Assembly: GCA_963749155.1 (NCBI GenBank)
Contig: CAVVLO010000003.1
Location: forward strand, 320,001 to 384,000
Length of the DNA: 64,000 bases
Reading direction: 5' to 3'
Source of the DNA: an uncultured Armatimonadia bacterium
GTDB lineage: Bacteria > Armatimonadota > Zipacnadia > CAVVLO01
Shown here one piece after another: positions 42,305-52,140 of this stretch (position 1 is its first letter; each line of letters begins with the position of its first letter). Below the pieces are notes generated by a model. That model was given only the letters and a program-made list of their open reading frames with translations. It was not told the origin of the DNA and did no database searches. The position numbers were made by a program, and so were the translations under genes.

Positions 42305-45084
42305 TTATGGGCCTCCGAGGGCAGTTTTACCAGGTGGTAACGCAATTCGGCCAGCAGCCCGGGCAGGTTGCGTTCGAGCTGCAGGCTTTTCTCTTTTAAC
42401 TTCTGAGGCAGCGCGTCCTTGCCACACGGCTCAATAAAGCCAGGGCAGTTGTGAGTAAGCCAGTCATCAACCGGTTCGCACCAGGCGCGCAAGTACTCAT
42501 TGAGCTTCGACGTCTTGTCAGGCACAGGAGCAAACTTCCAGCCATCAGCCAGCTTGGCTCTCATCCAGCGGATATGTTCGAGTTCGGCAAGCCTGTCGAC
42601 ATCGTCGTCGGGAAGAGCTTGCGGCGACTGGCCTTCACGTGCGGGTACGATGACATAACCTACTGCTCTCAGGCGGCGCGTCAGATTACGCACTGATTCT
42701 CGATTGGCTTCTTTATCCGCTTCGCCAAGTTGCGCCCAATCAGGATAAGCCCTGGCACCAGATTGAAATACTTCACGATAGTTCTCGTGGGACATCCTGG
42801 CCAGTTGTTCGAGCACCTCGCCGCGTATTTCCAGTGAATCTGCCAGAGCCAGGAACTCGGTGCCATCAACGTGGAGATTAAGCTGCGACTCGAGAGGCAA
42901 GCTCGAACGCTCGAACTTGCGACGCGACGCGAGCAGGCTCATATTGATGAGGGCCTCCAGGCTGCGCACGCCATGGTAGTACTTGCTGACTTCAAGGAAA
43001 GCTCCGAGCACACCCAGGTCCATGTTGAGCTCACCTTTACCTTCAGGTTGCTCGAACAGATGGGCAGCGTTGATTTTGAGCAGCTCGCGCAGAGTGACAG
43101 CCCTGCGGATGACATGGTAGGGGTCTCCCCCATCATGGGTGCGATTCGGCCCCATTATGTCAACATAGCCGCGCAACCGGCTCACAAAGTCAGGCCCTTT
43201 AACCTGGCGGAAGGCTTCATCGCCCCCTTCGAGATTCTGACCGAATTCTGCCATCTGATGACAGGTGCCCCCCGCGAAGACGAAGATGGCCGGCCCGATG
43301 GGATGGGTAATCTGGCCCTCCTGGAAGCTGCCATCCTGCATCGGTGAGAGGAAATAGCGCAACCAACCCAACGGCTGATCGTTGAGGCGGGTGTCGAACT
43401 CGTCCCAGAAGACGAGAGGGACTTTACCGGAGAGTGAGACATCTCTTACCTGATGCAGGGCGTCAAGCAGTTGCTCGGGATCGTTGAACTGCGAAAGATT
43501 GAAAGTCTTTTCTTCCAGTTTGTCCTTCGCAAGTGCGCGCGCAAGCTGCTTGATGCCGAAGGACTTGCCCGAACCAGGAGGGCCAAACACCGCCAGATTG
43601 AGCGGTGGGCTCTTGGGCTTGTCGCAATAACTCCGGATAAGCGAAGCAAGCACGCGATAACTCTCGATTTCGCGCCTGTCTACCACTGTCAATTTGCCAA
43701 AGGTAGCTGTAGGCACGCCTGCAAGCCTGTTGCCCAGGCCGTTCAATACTATCCCCCTGGCGACATCCAGCAAGGGGCTTCCTGATCCGCGAGGTTGCTC
43801 TGGGTCTTCGGAAATCTCTTCGCAACTGGCCTGAAGCAAAGTCCAGTAACCATGCCCTGAGCGAAAGCGTTCGGTTTCTGACCAGGCGATAATCGGAGGC
43901 TGCTCTTTGGTTGGGACGACTTGCGAACCTTGCACCCCACCAAACTGAAGCTCGAGTTCCTCCCTGGGCAAAGTCAGATGGCGCACAGGGTCAGCAATCG
44001 GGGCGACCACAAACGCTTCGGCCGGCTGGCTTACGGTATCCGCGACAAGCTGGAGAGGAAAGACCAGCCGGTCAACATCCCCAGGTTGCTTAACAAGCTG
44101 ATAACCTTCGAGATGCAATTTGCGCATGGCGGCCAGTCCACCTTTTATGGCGGCAGGCCAATCTGGGGTGCTGGTCCTCAGCAACTCCCGGGTGACTGCA
44201 GCTGCCAGGCAGGTGTTATATCCGATTATCCTGCCTTCGAAGCCGGCCTCCCAGGAGCCTTCGATGTTATGCGGATCGAAAATCAGCTTGCACAAGGAAC
44301 TGCCATCCGGCTGCCGCACAAGCAAGAGGCACCCAGCAGCCCGGAAGGTGACGATGACAGCGGCACACTTGGACAGACTGCTGATATCACGGTTATGAGT
44401 GAGCTCCCAGAAGGCATCCTGAGCTGTGCGCTCCCAGGAAAGGGCCCGCGATAACTGCATGCCCGAGGCGCGCAGATCATCTGCAGTCACCAGGACAACC
44501 AGCCGGTCGGCATACGCAGGCACCAGTCGCTCCCAAAGAGGCCCCTGGGCAACCGGGTCAGAGAGCTTGAGCAAGATTGGCCCTTTATACTGCTTGCTGC
44601 TCAAGGCAAGAGGCCAGAGCTCGGGTCGCCTCCTGAAATCGAAACCGGCATCGTCAAGCACAACCAGAGCCGGATCCGGCACATCGTCAACTAACCCACG
44701 CCAACCAGCCAACTCGCTAGTTTCGACATCGCAGCAGTCATCAACTCCAAGCAATTCGTCTACGCGCCAGACGCTAACTCTGGAACCGTTTTCCTTAGGG
44801 TAAGGCTTCCACATTGCGAAGGCATGATGATGATCGGGATCGCCCGGGGCGATTGCAGTCAGCGGCGCCTGAGGTTGACGAAGCTCAAACTTCCCTGGCA
44901 GGCTTGCTGCAACCAGTTCGATGACATCAGCCAGCAAGGCGGCGCCACCTCGCTGCCAACAGGCCCGGATGCCCTTGAAGCCCTCAAGCCTGGCCTCGCC
45001 ACTGGGACAACGCATCATATTCCAGTCCATCGTGACATCGCCCGTTACAACGCAAAGGCGGGCAGCATCCTTACGCTTGCGCAT
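42301..45084 (-). CDS. PfkB/ribokinase-like domain + AAA+ ATPase + tandem RyR repeats
   Basis: VVTGDVTMDW and GGAALLA; Walker A GPPGSGKS; Walker B VFWDEFD; PDFVSRL; HGVRSLE; RyR motifs LARMSHENY and LAELEHIRW...GWKF. Confidence 0.82.
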   Translation of the reverse strand: MRKRKDAARLCVVTGDVTMDWNMMRCPSGEARLEGFKGIRACWQRGGAALLADVIELVAASLPGKFELRQPQAPLTAIAPGDPDHHHAFAMWKPYPKENGSRVSVWRVDELLGVDDCCDVETSELAGWRGLVDDVPDPALVVLDDAGFDFRRRPELWPLALSSKQYKGPILLKLSDPVAQGPLWERLVPAYADRLVVLVTADDLRASGMQLSRALSWERTAQDAFWELTHNRDISSLSKCAAVIVTFRAAGCLLLVRQPDGSSLCKLIFDPHNIEGSWEAGFEGRIIGYNTCLAAAVTRELLRTSTPDWPAAIKGGLAAMRKLHLEGYQLVKQPGDVDRLVFPLQLVADTVSQPAEAFVVAPIADPVRHLTLPREELELQFGGVQGSQVVPTKEQPPIIAWSETERFRSGHGYWTLLQASCEEISEDPEQPRGSGSPLLDVARGIVLNGLGNRLAGVPTATFGKLTVVDRREIESYRVLASLIRSYCDKPKSPPLNLAVFGPPGSGKSFGIKQLARALAKDKLEEKTFNLSQFNDPEQLLDALHQVRDVSLSGKVPLVFWDEFDTRLNDQPLGWLRYFLSPMQDGSFQEGQITHPIGPAIFVFAGGTCHQMAEFGQNLEGGDEAFRQVKGPDFVSRLRGYVDIMGPNRTHDGGDPYHVIRRAVTLRELLKINAAHLFEQPEGKGELNMDLGVLGAFLEVSKYYHGVRSLEALINMSLLASRRKFERSSLPLESQLNLHVDGTEFLALADSLEIRGEVLEQLARMSHENYREVFQSGARAYPDWAQLGEADKEANRESVRNLTRRLRAVGYVIVPAREGQSPQALPDDDVDRLAELEHIRWMRAKLADGWKFAPVPDKTSKLNEYLRAWCEPVDDWLTHNCPGFIEPCGKDALPQKLKEKSLQLERNLPGLLAELRYHLVKLPSEAHK

Positions 45085-45100
45085 AGGTTTACCTCCAGAA

Positions 45101-46888
45101 TCAAGCCTCAGGCTTTGAGCACTCGCAGTTCGGTGCTCCAGACCGGCAGAGTTCCAGGCCGACGGTGCCCAGCAGGCGCGGCAGGCCCCTTATGGCAGCG
45201 CGATTCTTCTCGCGAGTGGTTTCCTGAAGTTCTCCCCATTCCAGCAGGTCGGGATGAGTCTTGCGTCGAGAGTCCTTGGGACCAGGGGCATACTTCCAGC
45301 CCGACTCTTCACGTTCCTTGCGCCAGCGAGAATGCTCCTTTTGGGCCACTTGCTCAAGTGTTGCTTCATCCAGCCGATACTGGCCGGCATCCAGCCTGGT
45401 CAGAGCGCGGATCCCAAGCCCTGCCTCGGCAAGCAACTGACCAAGCGCGTCGGCCTGGGTGCGGTTGGAGTCCTGCAGTCGTTCGGGCAACTGGCTCCAG
45501 GGCACGAGGGAGGAGTTGGTCTCGGGCGTATCGCCAAGCTTCAGGGCCTCGGCGACATATTGCTCGTGCAGGGCCCTTGCTAGCAGCTCATGGCCGCTTG
45601 AAAGCAGCTGCTCGGGCGTGCAGGCGCGTTCCAGCAAGCCGAAGACCTGCAGCCGATAAGCTTTATGATCGGGCGTACTGACCCGCAGCAGAGCAGCCAG
45701 GCCGTTTTCTTCCTCAAGCCTCACGATGATGGGGGCATCAGATTCGGGCAGCTTGGGCTCGAGTCTTAATGCGGCAGAGACTGCAAGCGGTTCATCGTCC
45801 AGGCATATGAACACCGAGGTCAGTTTGACGCCAGGCTGGGTAGTGAGGAATTCGGCCCTGTGGAACTCGACCGATTCGAGACTAAAATCGCGCGTTGTGA
45901 TCTCGAGGACTTCCTCAACCAGAGGCAGCCGGGTCACCAGGGCGGTCAGACGTTCGGTTGCGTATCTGTCTATCAAGGTTACGAAAGGCTTGGGAGCGCC
46001 TTCCGGCGCCAGAGCTTGCCACTCTATCGCGAGCTGGGAAAGCAGGCTCTGTCCAAACTGACCGAAGCCAACAATCACAAGCGCTGGCCTGGTTGGCAGG
46101 TCCATCGGTAAGGGGCGCGTCTGGCTGAGCAGCACGCGGGCGCCTGCCTCAAACAGATTGAAATACTCTATCCTCAGGCCACTTTCGGCAATTGTGTTGT
46201 AACTCTGCTCGCGCAATAACTCGTAGAGCAGTGGATCGGAGATATGGGCAAAGCAGGTCGCGCGCGGCCCGGAGTTTTTCAGGACCAATTCTCGGCATCT
46301 AAGGGCAATTTCGGCGTTAGAGCCCGCAGGGCCGCAGACAGCGAGGATGTAGCGCGCCCTGGCAACGCGCGCCTTGCGCAGCAGCTCGGGCTCGGTCGCA
46401 TCGCCGTGCAATACGATGGCCCCCGCGTGCCTTGCGGCTTCAATCCGGTCGTTGGCTTCATCTCGCTCGATAATGACAACTCTGAGGCCATCTTTCAGGA
46501 AGGCGCGCGCCCAGAGCAGCCCCTTGCGTCCCAGGCCACAGATGACTATATGGCCAGAATAACGACGCAGGCGCAGGAAAGCGAGTTCCTCGGAGAAGAG
46601 CAACGCCACAGCTTTTACAGCAGTGAAGCCAGCTACAAGCGGAGCAAGCCAGCGAGCCAGTTCAAGCAGAGGCGGGATGGGTCCTTCCAGCGAGCCGGAT
46701 TCGAGCACGAAGAGCTGCAGGGTAAGGTAAAAAGCGCCTGCCAGCGAGTAGGGAGTGCCGGCCTCGAGCCCCTGCTCCAAAAATCCCACTAGCCCAGCAA
46801 GCGTGGCAATCCCCCAGACGAGGGCGACCAGCCACCCCTGCAGGTCGCGCACGAACTCCCAGAAGCCCCCGAGGCGGCCGCTAGCCAA
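45101..46888 (-). CDS. 2TM channel-like protein with two RCK/TrkA_N domains and tandem RyR repeats
   Basis: TM1, pore-helix-like AFYLTLQLF, TM2; HIVICGLGRKG, GDATEPELL; LVIVGFGQFG; LARALHEQY...LVPWSQL...SNR; AQKEHSRW...GWKY...KTHPDLLEWGEL. Confidence 0.87.
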   Translation of the reverse strand: MASGRLGGFWEFVRDLQGWLVALVWGIATLAGLVGFLEQGLEAGTPYSLAGAFYLTLQLFVLESGSLEGPIPPLLELARWLAPLVAGFTAVKAVALLFSEELAFLRLRRYSGHIVICGLGRKGLLWARAFLKDGLRVVIIERDEANDRIEAARHAGAIVLHGDATEPELLRKARVARARYILAVCGPAGSNAEIALRCRELVLKNSGPRATCFAHISDPLLYELLREQSYNTIAESGLRIEYFNLFEAGARVLLSQTRPLPMDLPTRPALVIVGFGQFGQSLLSQLAIEWQALAPEGAPKPFVTLIDRYATERLTALVTRLPLVEEVLEITTRDFSLESVEFHRAEFLTTQPGVKLTSVFICLDDEPLAVSAALRLEPKLPESDAPIIVRLEEENGLAALLRVSTPDHKAYRLQVFGLLERACTPEQLLSSGHELLARALHEQYVAEALKLGDTPETNSSLVPWSQLPERLQDSNRTQADALGQLLAEAGLGIRALTRLDAGQYRLDEATLEQVAQKEHSRWRKEREESGWKYAPGPKDSRRKTHPDLLEWGELQETTREKNRAAIRGLPRLLGTVGLELCRSGAPNCECSKPEA

Positions 46889-46939
46889 GGTCCCCCCTCC
46901 CTGCTGGCAGATTCGCCAGCGCGGGAGGGATTCCTGCTA

Positions 46940-49609
46940 TCAGTCTTCCAGCATGAAACTCGGCTTGGCGAGGCTTTGGCTGCGCCAGGTTTGGTCAGGC
47001 TGTTCGAGCCCCTGGGCGCGCGCCTTGCGAGCTTCGGGGGTGCTCAGGGCTTGCTCCAGTTGCTTGCGGAAGAGCTTGAGCTCGCGCGCCTGGGTCTCCG
47101 TCACATAGCCATCGCATTGATAATCAGCCCAGAGGATGCCGGGCACCCCGCCGTTCTCGTAGACCGCTTTGAACCAGGGATAAGCGGCAGTGAGGACGTG
47201 CATCATCGCGCCCTGGCGAGGTTCAGGCAGATTGTAGGCGATGCGATAATCGGTGCCCCAGCGCTCGTTAATCGCGATATCGCGCATATTGTCGAACTGA
47301 GGGAACCAGCAGGGCACGATGCCCTGTTCCACGGCCTGCGAGGTCAGCCAGGCGACTTCACTAGGGGTATAAGGGATTGTCGTGTAGTCGCTGTGGAAAG
47401 CGATGAGGCCCGAGGCTTGAAGCTGCTCCGCAATCGCGCCGGTGCGCCGCTGGCTGTACCAGATATGGCGCAGATGGGGATTAGGGTCCTCCGGATTGAG
47501 GCCTGAGACCATCACGTTGGCGCCTTCGGTGCGCAAGGTGATCTTCGCCCCAGGCACCACGCGCCGGAAGCGCTCCAGCGTATCGGCATAGTTCTTCAGG
47601 CGCAAGTCAGTGCGGAAGGCATCCCAGTCCAGCACGGCCTGGTTCCAGTCGTGGAAGGGATGGGCCGGGTCGGTGTATTCCCAGAGATGCCCGAAGGCAT
47701 TACGTACCTGATTTGCCTCGGGGTCGATCTCTTCAAGGCTGGCAAATTCGGTGTCCCAGGCGGCATTGATGCCGGCAAGGTCGCCATACTTCTGCTCGGC
47801 CCACTTGCGGAACAGCTTGATGACCGAAGTGCCCTCTGGATAACGCGTATTCACATCCTGACGCATCCAGCCGCGGCTGTCCTCGACGCTGATGGGCACT
47901 GTGCCGTCTTCGAGCTGGAAGTAGAGATCGCCCCAGCGGCGGAAGTTGTAGCGCCACATAACATCGGTGGCGAGAATCAGGTTGCGACTGGCGTGGCTTG
48001 CCTGGATGCCTTGTCGCTCCATCGGGAACTGACGGCCAGAAATCCACTCGGCGATAGGGCCAATGTTGTAGCGATCAAAGGGATAACTGCCCCAGCCTTC
48101 GACCTGCAGCCCCTCGCGACGGGCCTGGTCGAGGAAGTACTTCAACCCGTCAGCCCACTGGTTGGAGCGTTCCTCTCCCCCATCCACCTGCCAGGTCTCA
48201 CCGAAGTCTTCATAAAGCCAGGGCATACTGGTCGTCGCGACCACGTTTATCCCACAGTCGCGCATCTGTCTGAGCGAAGCCAGCAGGTGTTGCTCTGGAT
48301 ACGGCCCAAGCTGGACGTTCTGGCGCATATCCGACATCGTCTGGCTGTAGATAGCCGGATAACGCAGGCCGTCCTGGATGACATTGGCCTGGTGGTCAGG
48401 ATCGAAAGTAACCCTCAGGCTGGCGTCGCTGACATCAACAGGCAGCGCGAGGCTCTTGCACGCCACTGGCCCAGTCGTAACGAGCTTCACCACAACGTGT
48501 TTGGTCCAGGGGGCGACCTGAAGGCCCAGCGTGCCGGAAATCGAGTGGACGGCCGGGTCTTTGGGGGCGGCAAGCTGGCCCTCGAAGGTGGTCATAAACT
48601 CCTCGAAGCTGTGGATCCACCGAGTCAGCTTGTCCTCCTCTCCCCCGTTGCTGAGGGTCTCTTCAATAGGCGCAACAGGCGTTTGACGGGCTTCTTTCTC
48701 AACTGTGAAAGGCAGCTCGTGGAAGGTCATCCAGGCGCCTTCCCACATATTGAGCATCCAGTTTTCGTCTTTGTAGCGCCGATATTGGGACCGGAAGCGC
48801 AGCTTGTACTCGCCAGGCGCCAGGCCGAGGTTTTGAGGGGTCTCTTTGGCGCCCTGAGTAACAATCGAGACCCAGGTCTCGTGCGATTCGCCAGGATAGA
48901 GATACTCCAAATCACGGATATAGAGGTTGTAATGCTGCCCGAGGAACCTGAATTCGCCGGCTTCGTCCTTGCGCAGCAGCTCCGGGTTGAGCAGCCAGGC
49001 GCCAAAGCCTTCCGGATCGAGGATTGTGTCACCGGTATTGGTGAACCGAAACTTGAACCAGACCAGATCGCCGGCCTCGACTACGCCGGAACGCGTCAGA
49101 GGGCGGGTATCGAAGCTTGGATAGTGGCCAGGCTCATCGGAGAAGTCCGGTTTCATCACATTGCGTCTGCCGGGGACGATGTGAGCTGTGACAGAGCCGA
49201 GATACTCGACATCCAGCGCGAGCTTGCCGGGCAGCGCCAGGTCGAACAGATCTCGTCCCTTACGGCGAGAGTTGTCCTCGAAAGCGGTGGCCTCGACATA
49301 GACGGGGAAAGCGGGCTGGCTGCCTTCTTCCCAGGAAAGGGTGTAGTTGGAGGGGCACCGTGTCATAGGCCTGCGCTTTTCGCGGCGGTTGAAGGTGAGC
49401 TTGTAGCCGGCGGCTTCGAGGGTGGCAGAGCGCATCGGTACGTTCTCATAGAGGGCCCACTGGCCGGTCTTCTGCGCCTCTCTGGTCAGTGGTTTGTAGA
49501 CAAGCCCACCATCTTCAGCCAGGGGGTATTCCCAAACGGGGGCGGGCCTGGGCACTGCGGCCACGGCAAACTGGGCAAGCGCGAGCAAAAGTATCACTAG
49601 AAAGGGCAT
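46940..49609 (-). CDS. Secreted protein with a GH42 (beta-galactosidase)-like catalytic region
   Basis: Signal peptide from ATG 49609; MRDCGINVV; FRKWAEQKYGDLAGINAAWDTEFASLEEI; LDWDAFR. Confidence 0.65.
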   Translation of the reverse strand: MPFLVILLLALAQFAVAAVPRPAPVWEYPLAEDGGLVYKPLTREAQKTGQWALYENVPMRSATLEAAGYKLTFNRREKRRPMTRCPSNYTLSWEEGSQPAFPVYVEATAFEDNSRRKGRDLFDLALPGKLALDVEYLGSVTAHIVPGRRNVMKPDFSDEPGHYPSFDTRPLTRSGVVEAGDLVWFKFRFTNTGDTILDPEGFGAWLLNPELLRKDEAGEFRFLGQHYNLYIRDLEYLYPGESHETWVSIVTQGAKETPQNLGLAPGEYKLRFRSQYRRYKDENWMLNMWEGAWMTFHELPFTVEKEARQTPVAPIEETLSNGGEEDKLTRWIHSFEEFMTTFEGQLAAPKDPAVHSISGTLGLQVAPWTKHVVVKLVTTGPVACKSLALPVDVSDASLRVTFDPDHQANVIQDGLRYPAIYSQTMSDMRQNVQLGPYPEQHLLASLRQMRDCGINVVATTSMPWLYEDFGETWQVDGGEERSNQWADGLKYFLDQARREGLQVEGWGSYPFDRYNIGPIAEWISGRQFPMERQGIQASHASRNLILATDVMWRYNFRRWGDLYFQLEDGTVPISVEDSRGWMRQDVNTRYPEGTSVIKLFRKWAEQKYGDLAGINAAWDTEFASLEEIDPEANQVRNAFGHLWEYTDPAHPFHDWNQAVLDWDAFRTDLRLKNYADTLERFRRVVPGAKITLRTEGANVMVSGLNPEDPNPHLRHIWYSQRRTGAIAEQLQASGLIAFHSDYTTIPYTPSEVAWLTSQAVEQGIVPCWFPQFDNMRDIAINERWGTDYRIAYNLPEPRQGAMMHVLTAAYPWFKAVYENGGVPGILWADYQCDGYVTETQARELKLFRKQLEQALSTPEARKARAQGLEQPDQTWRSQSLAKPSFMLED

Positions 49610-49696
49610 AGGTGGCACCTCATCCATCAGGCTGGGCTGATTATACAAGAGGGAGACCCCTCCTGAAGAGCGAAGTTGCGGCAAACCAGGGGAGTG

Positions 49697-50417
49697 ATGA
49701 ATATGAAACAGAATTTCCCCATATGGGCGTTTGCTTGCCTCCTGCTGCTGGTTGGGCTGGTACTAGCCCTTGCGCTGGCTCAGGAAACCACACCAGCTGC
49801 AGAGGTTCAGCAAGGCCAGCTAATCAGCCTACCGGTACCCGACACGCAGGGCACGATGCCGCTTGAGACAGCGCTTATGAAGCGCCGGTCGGTGCGGGCC
49901 TATTCCGATCAGGGGCTCACGCTGTCCCAGGTTGGTCAGCTTGTCTGGGCGGCCCAGGGGATTACCGAACCGAACCGCGGCCTGCGGACCGCACCTTCGG
50001 CGATAGCGATGTATCCACTTAAAGTCTATGTCATCGTGAAAACCGCCGAAGAACTGGCGCCTGGGGTCTGGCGCTATGTGCCAGCTTCTCATTCGCTGGA
50101 GCGTGTCAGGGGCGCTCTCTCAACCGAAGAAGCCGCTCGCGCGCTGCCCCAGGGGGCTATGAAACAGGCTCCGGTAGTCGTTGCGATCACCGGCGATCTC
50201 TCGATTATAGGGCAGCGCGTGCCTGACAGGGCGCTCGAATGGACGGCAATAGAGGTCGGGCATGTGGCGCAGAACGTCCTTCTGGAGGCTGTCGCGCTGG
50301 GGCTGGCCTCGGTGCCTGCCGCAGGTTTCGATCCCGCCTCGGCGCTTGCCGGCGATGGGCCTGGCCGCTCCCGAGCAGCTTTTCTACCTGCTGCCAGTTG
50401 GTTATCAGAAGCAGTAA
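49697..50417 (+). CDS. SagB/ThcOx-type nitroreductase-family protein with signal peptide; indel at about 50345
   Basis: LETALMKRRSVRAY, WAAQGIT, RTAPSA..YPL, EVGHVAQN; corrected C-terminus LFYLLPVGYQKQ*. Confidence 0.88.
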
Positions 50418-50427
50418 GAGCGCCTAC

Positions 50428-51528
50428 TCAGGCTCGGAAAGCGCCTTGTGAAGCCTTGCGGCCTCCTCGGTGAAGGCCGTCCAGCCGGGCTTGGGTTCTA
50501 CCTTTCTCGTTGAAAAGGCCAAGCGAAGTCAGATAATGCATAAAAGTGTCGTCCGCCAAGAGCTCGGGAGCCAGCAAGCCTTCGAGGGCTATCTTAGTGC
50601 CGTCCCAGGGCCAGTCGTTAAGCGACAGCCACGAAGCGCCAAGCAAGCGTCCGCGATTGCGTTCAAGCCAGGCGAACAGCTTGTGGATGAACTCGGCCTG
50701 CACCTCGGGCGAGGAGCCGAGGCTCTCGTGGCTTGCACAGCCAAGCTCTTGCAGGTAGACGGGCTTGTCCCTGGCGGCCTTCAACACCGCATCAAGGGTC
50801 TTCTCAAAGTAGAAAGGACTGTCGGGATTTAGCCCCTCGGTCGTCGCGGGGCCGCCAAACATCTTGCAGGGCATATAGTAGGTGGCACTGAGCACATCAC
50901 AGAAAGGTTCGAAGCGCGGCCACCAACGCTCAACAGAGCCGGCGGTCAGGGTAACGCCTACGGCGATGTCAGGATGCAGGCGCCGAATAATCTGAGCGCC
51001 TTCTTTGAAGAGGACCAGATAGTCTTCCAAAGCCTGCTCGGGCCTTGCGCCGAAGTAGGTATCCACCTCGTTGCCGATAACAATCAGGTCGACCAGGTCG
51101 CCATACCGGGCCACCCAGGCCTCGATATAGGCGCGCCAGCGCGCCAGAGTGAGGGGGTCGGCGAAGCCCCGGTCTTCAAGCCCGGCAGGCAGATGGGCGT
51201 GATCCATATGGACCACATCGCAGAAAAACTGGACATAATACCCGCGTCGCTTGAGTTCGGTCAGGTAGACCCGATACAGGTCCTCTGCCGGGTCTTTGGG
51301 GAAGTAGTACTCGCCCTCGGCGCTCTCGCCCCAGGGAAACATCAGATGGATGGTCTTAAGCCCGAGCTGCTCGGAGAGCGGCCATTCTGTGTCTTTGCCA
51401 GGGCCAGGTATCCCATCAAGGCCAAGGGGCAACGGGCCGGTCAGAGGGCTAGCCGCCTCCTCGGGAAACGCGCAGCCAGCAAATATCACGACGAATAACA
51501 AAAGGCCAACTAGCAGAAGGCTTGGCAT
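50428..51528 (-). CDS. Lipoprotein, clan GH-A-like glycoside hydrolase
   Basis: FAGC lipobox; IVIGNEVD acid/base motif and KPVYLQELG nucleophile motif. Confidence 0.7.
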   Translation of the reverse strand: MPSLLLVGLLLFVVIFAGCAFPEEAASPLTGPLPLGLDGIPGPGKDTEWPLSEQLGLKTIHLMFPWGESAEGEYYFPKDPAEDLYRVYLTELKRRGYYVQFFCDVVHMDHAHLPAGLEDRGFADPLTLARWRAYIEAWVARYGDLVDLIVIGNEVDTYFGARPEQALEDYLVLFKEGAQIIRRLHPDIAVGVTLTAGSVERWWPRFEPFCDVLSATYYMPCKMFGGPATTEGLNPDSPFYFEKTLDAVLKAARDKPVYLQELGCASHESLGSSPEVQAEFIHKLFAWLERNRGRLLGASWLSLNDWPWDGTKIALEGLLAPELLADDTFMHYLTSLGLFNEKGRTQARLDGLHRGGRKASQGAFRA

Positions 51529-51555
51529 AAGGCACCTCCAGGACGACTACTGGTA

Positions 51556-52068
51556 TTACTCCTCGCCGGCCTCTTGGGTTTCATCAAACGACTCCCGTCC
51601 AAGCAAGGCGCTAATCAGGCTGGACTGTTTCAAAGTGAGGGTATGCAATTCGGCCACTTCGCCCCGCAGATGGTGCAACTGATGGTGCAGCTTGGCTATT
51701 TCGTGTTCGGCCTTGCGGTTGACTTCATAGTCCTCTTCGTCCCTTAGCCTGTCGCGCGATTCCGTTCGGTCCTGGCTCATCATAATGACGGGCGCCTGGA
51801 TAGCGGCCATACACGAGAGCACCAGATTGAGCAGAATGAAGGGGTAGGGATCGAAGCGTCCCCGGCCAGTTGTCAGAGAGTTGTAGACCATCCAGACAAT
51901 CAGAACGGCCAGGAAGCTCAGGATGAAAACCCAACTGCCAGCAAAGGCGGCCAGTCGATCCGCCATCTTCTGGCCAAGGGAGAGCTTCTCGTCATGCAAC
52001 TGGGCAATATTTCGGGTCGTCTGTTGAAAATCGGGTGGCAAGTGGTTTTCGTTTTCCTGGACGGGCAT
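51556..52068 (-). CDS. DUF1003 membrane protein
   Basis: ADRLAAFAGSWVFI, FDPYPFILLNLVLS..AAIQAPVIMMSQ. Confidence 0.92.
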   Translation of the reverse strand: MPVQENENHLPPDFQQTTRNIAQLHDEKLSLGQKMADRLAAFAGSWVFILSFLAVLIVWMVYNSLTTGRGRFDPYPFILLNLVLSCMAAIQAPVIMMSQDRTESRDRLRDEEDYEVNRKAEHEIAKLHHQLHHLRGEVAELHTLTLKQSSLISALLGRESFDETQEAGEE

Positions 52069-52140
52069 AGTGCGCGACCTCCCTGGCTTCGCGCAGGAGA
52101 GCCGGTCTGGCAGGCGAATCTCCGGCGCGAGGTGAAGTTA

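Noticed and set aside
42301..45084. Sigma54 enhancer-binding protein acting on the 58766 promoter
   Set aside because: No GAFTGA loop and no HTH domain
45101..46888. Ordinary Trk/Ktr or MthK potassium uptake component
   Set aside because: No GYG filter, no TrkH/KtrB partner nearby, and it carries RyR repeats in a conflict-type operon
47651..49600. 649-aa plus-strand ORF, and similar long ORFs at 4502-5767, 11900-13072, 31831-32958 and 55428-56981
   Set aside because: Antisense shadows of well-supported genes in GC-rich DNA, with no recognisable motifs
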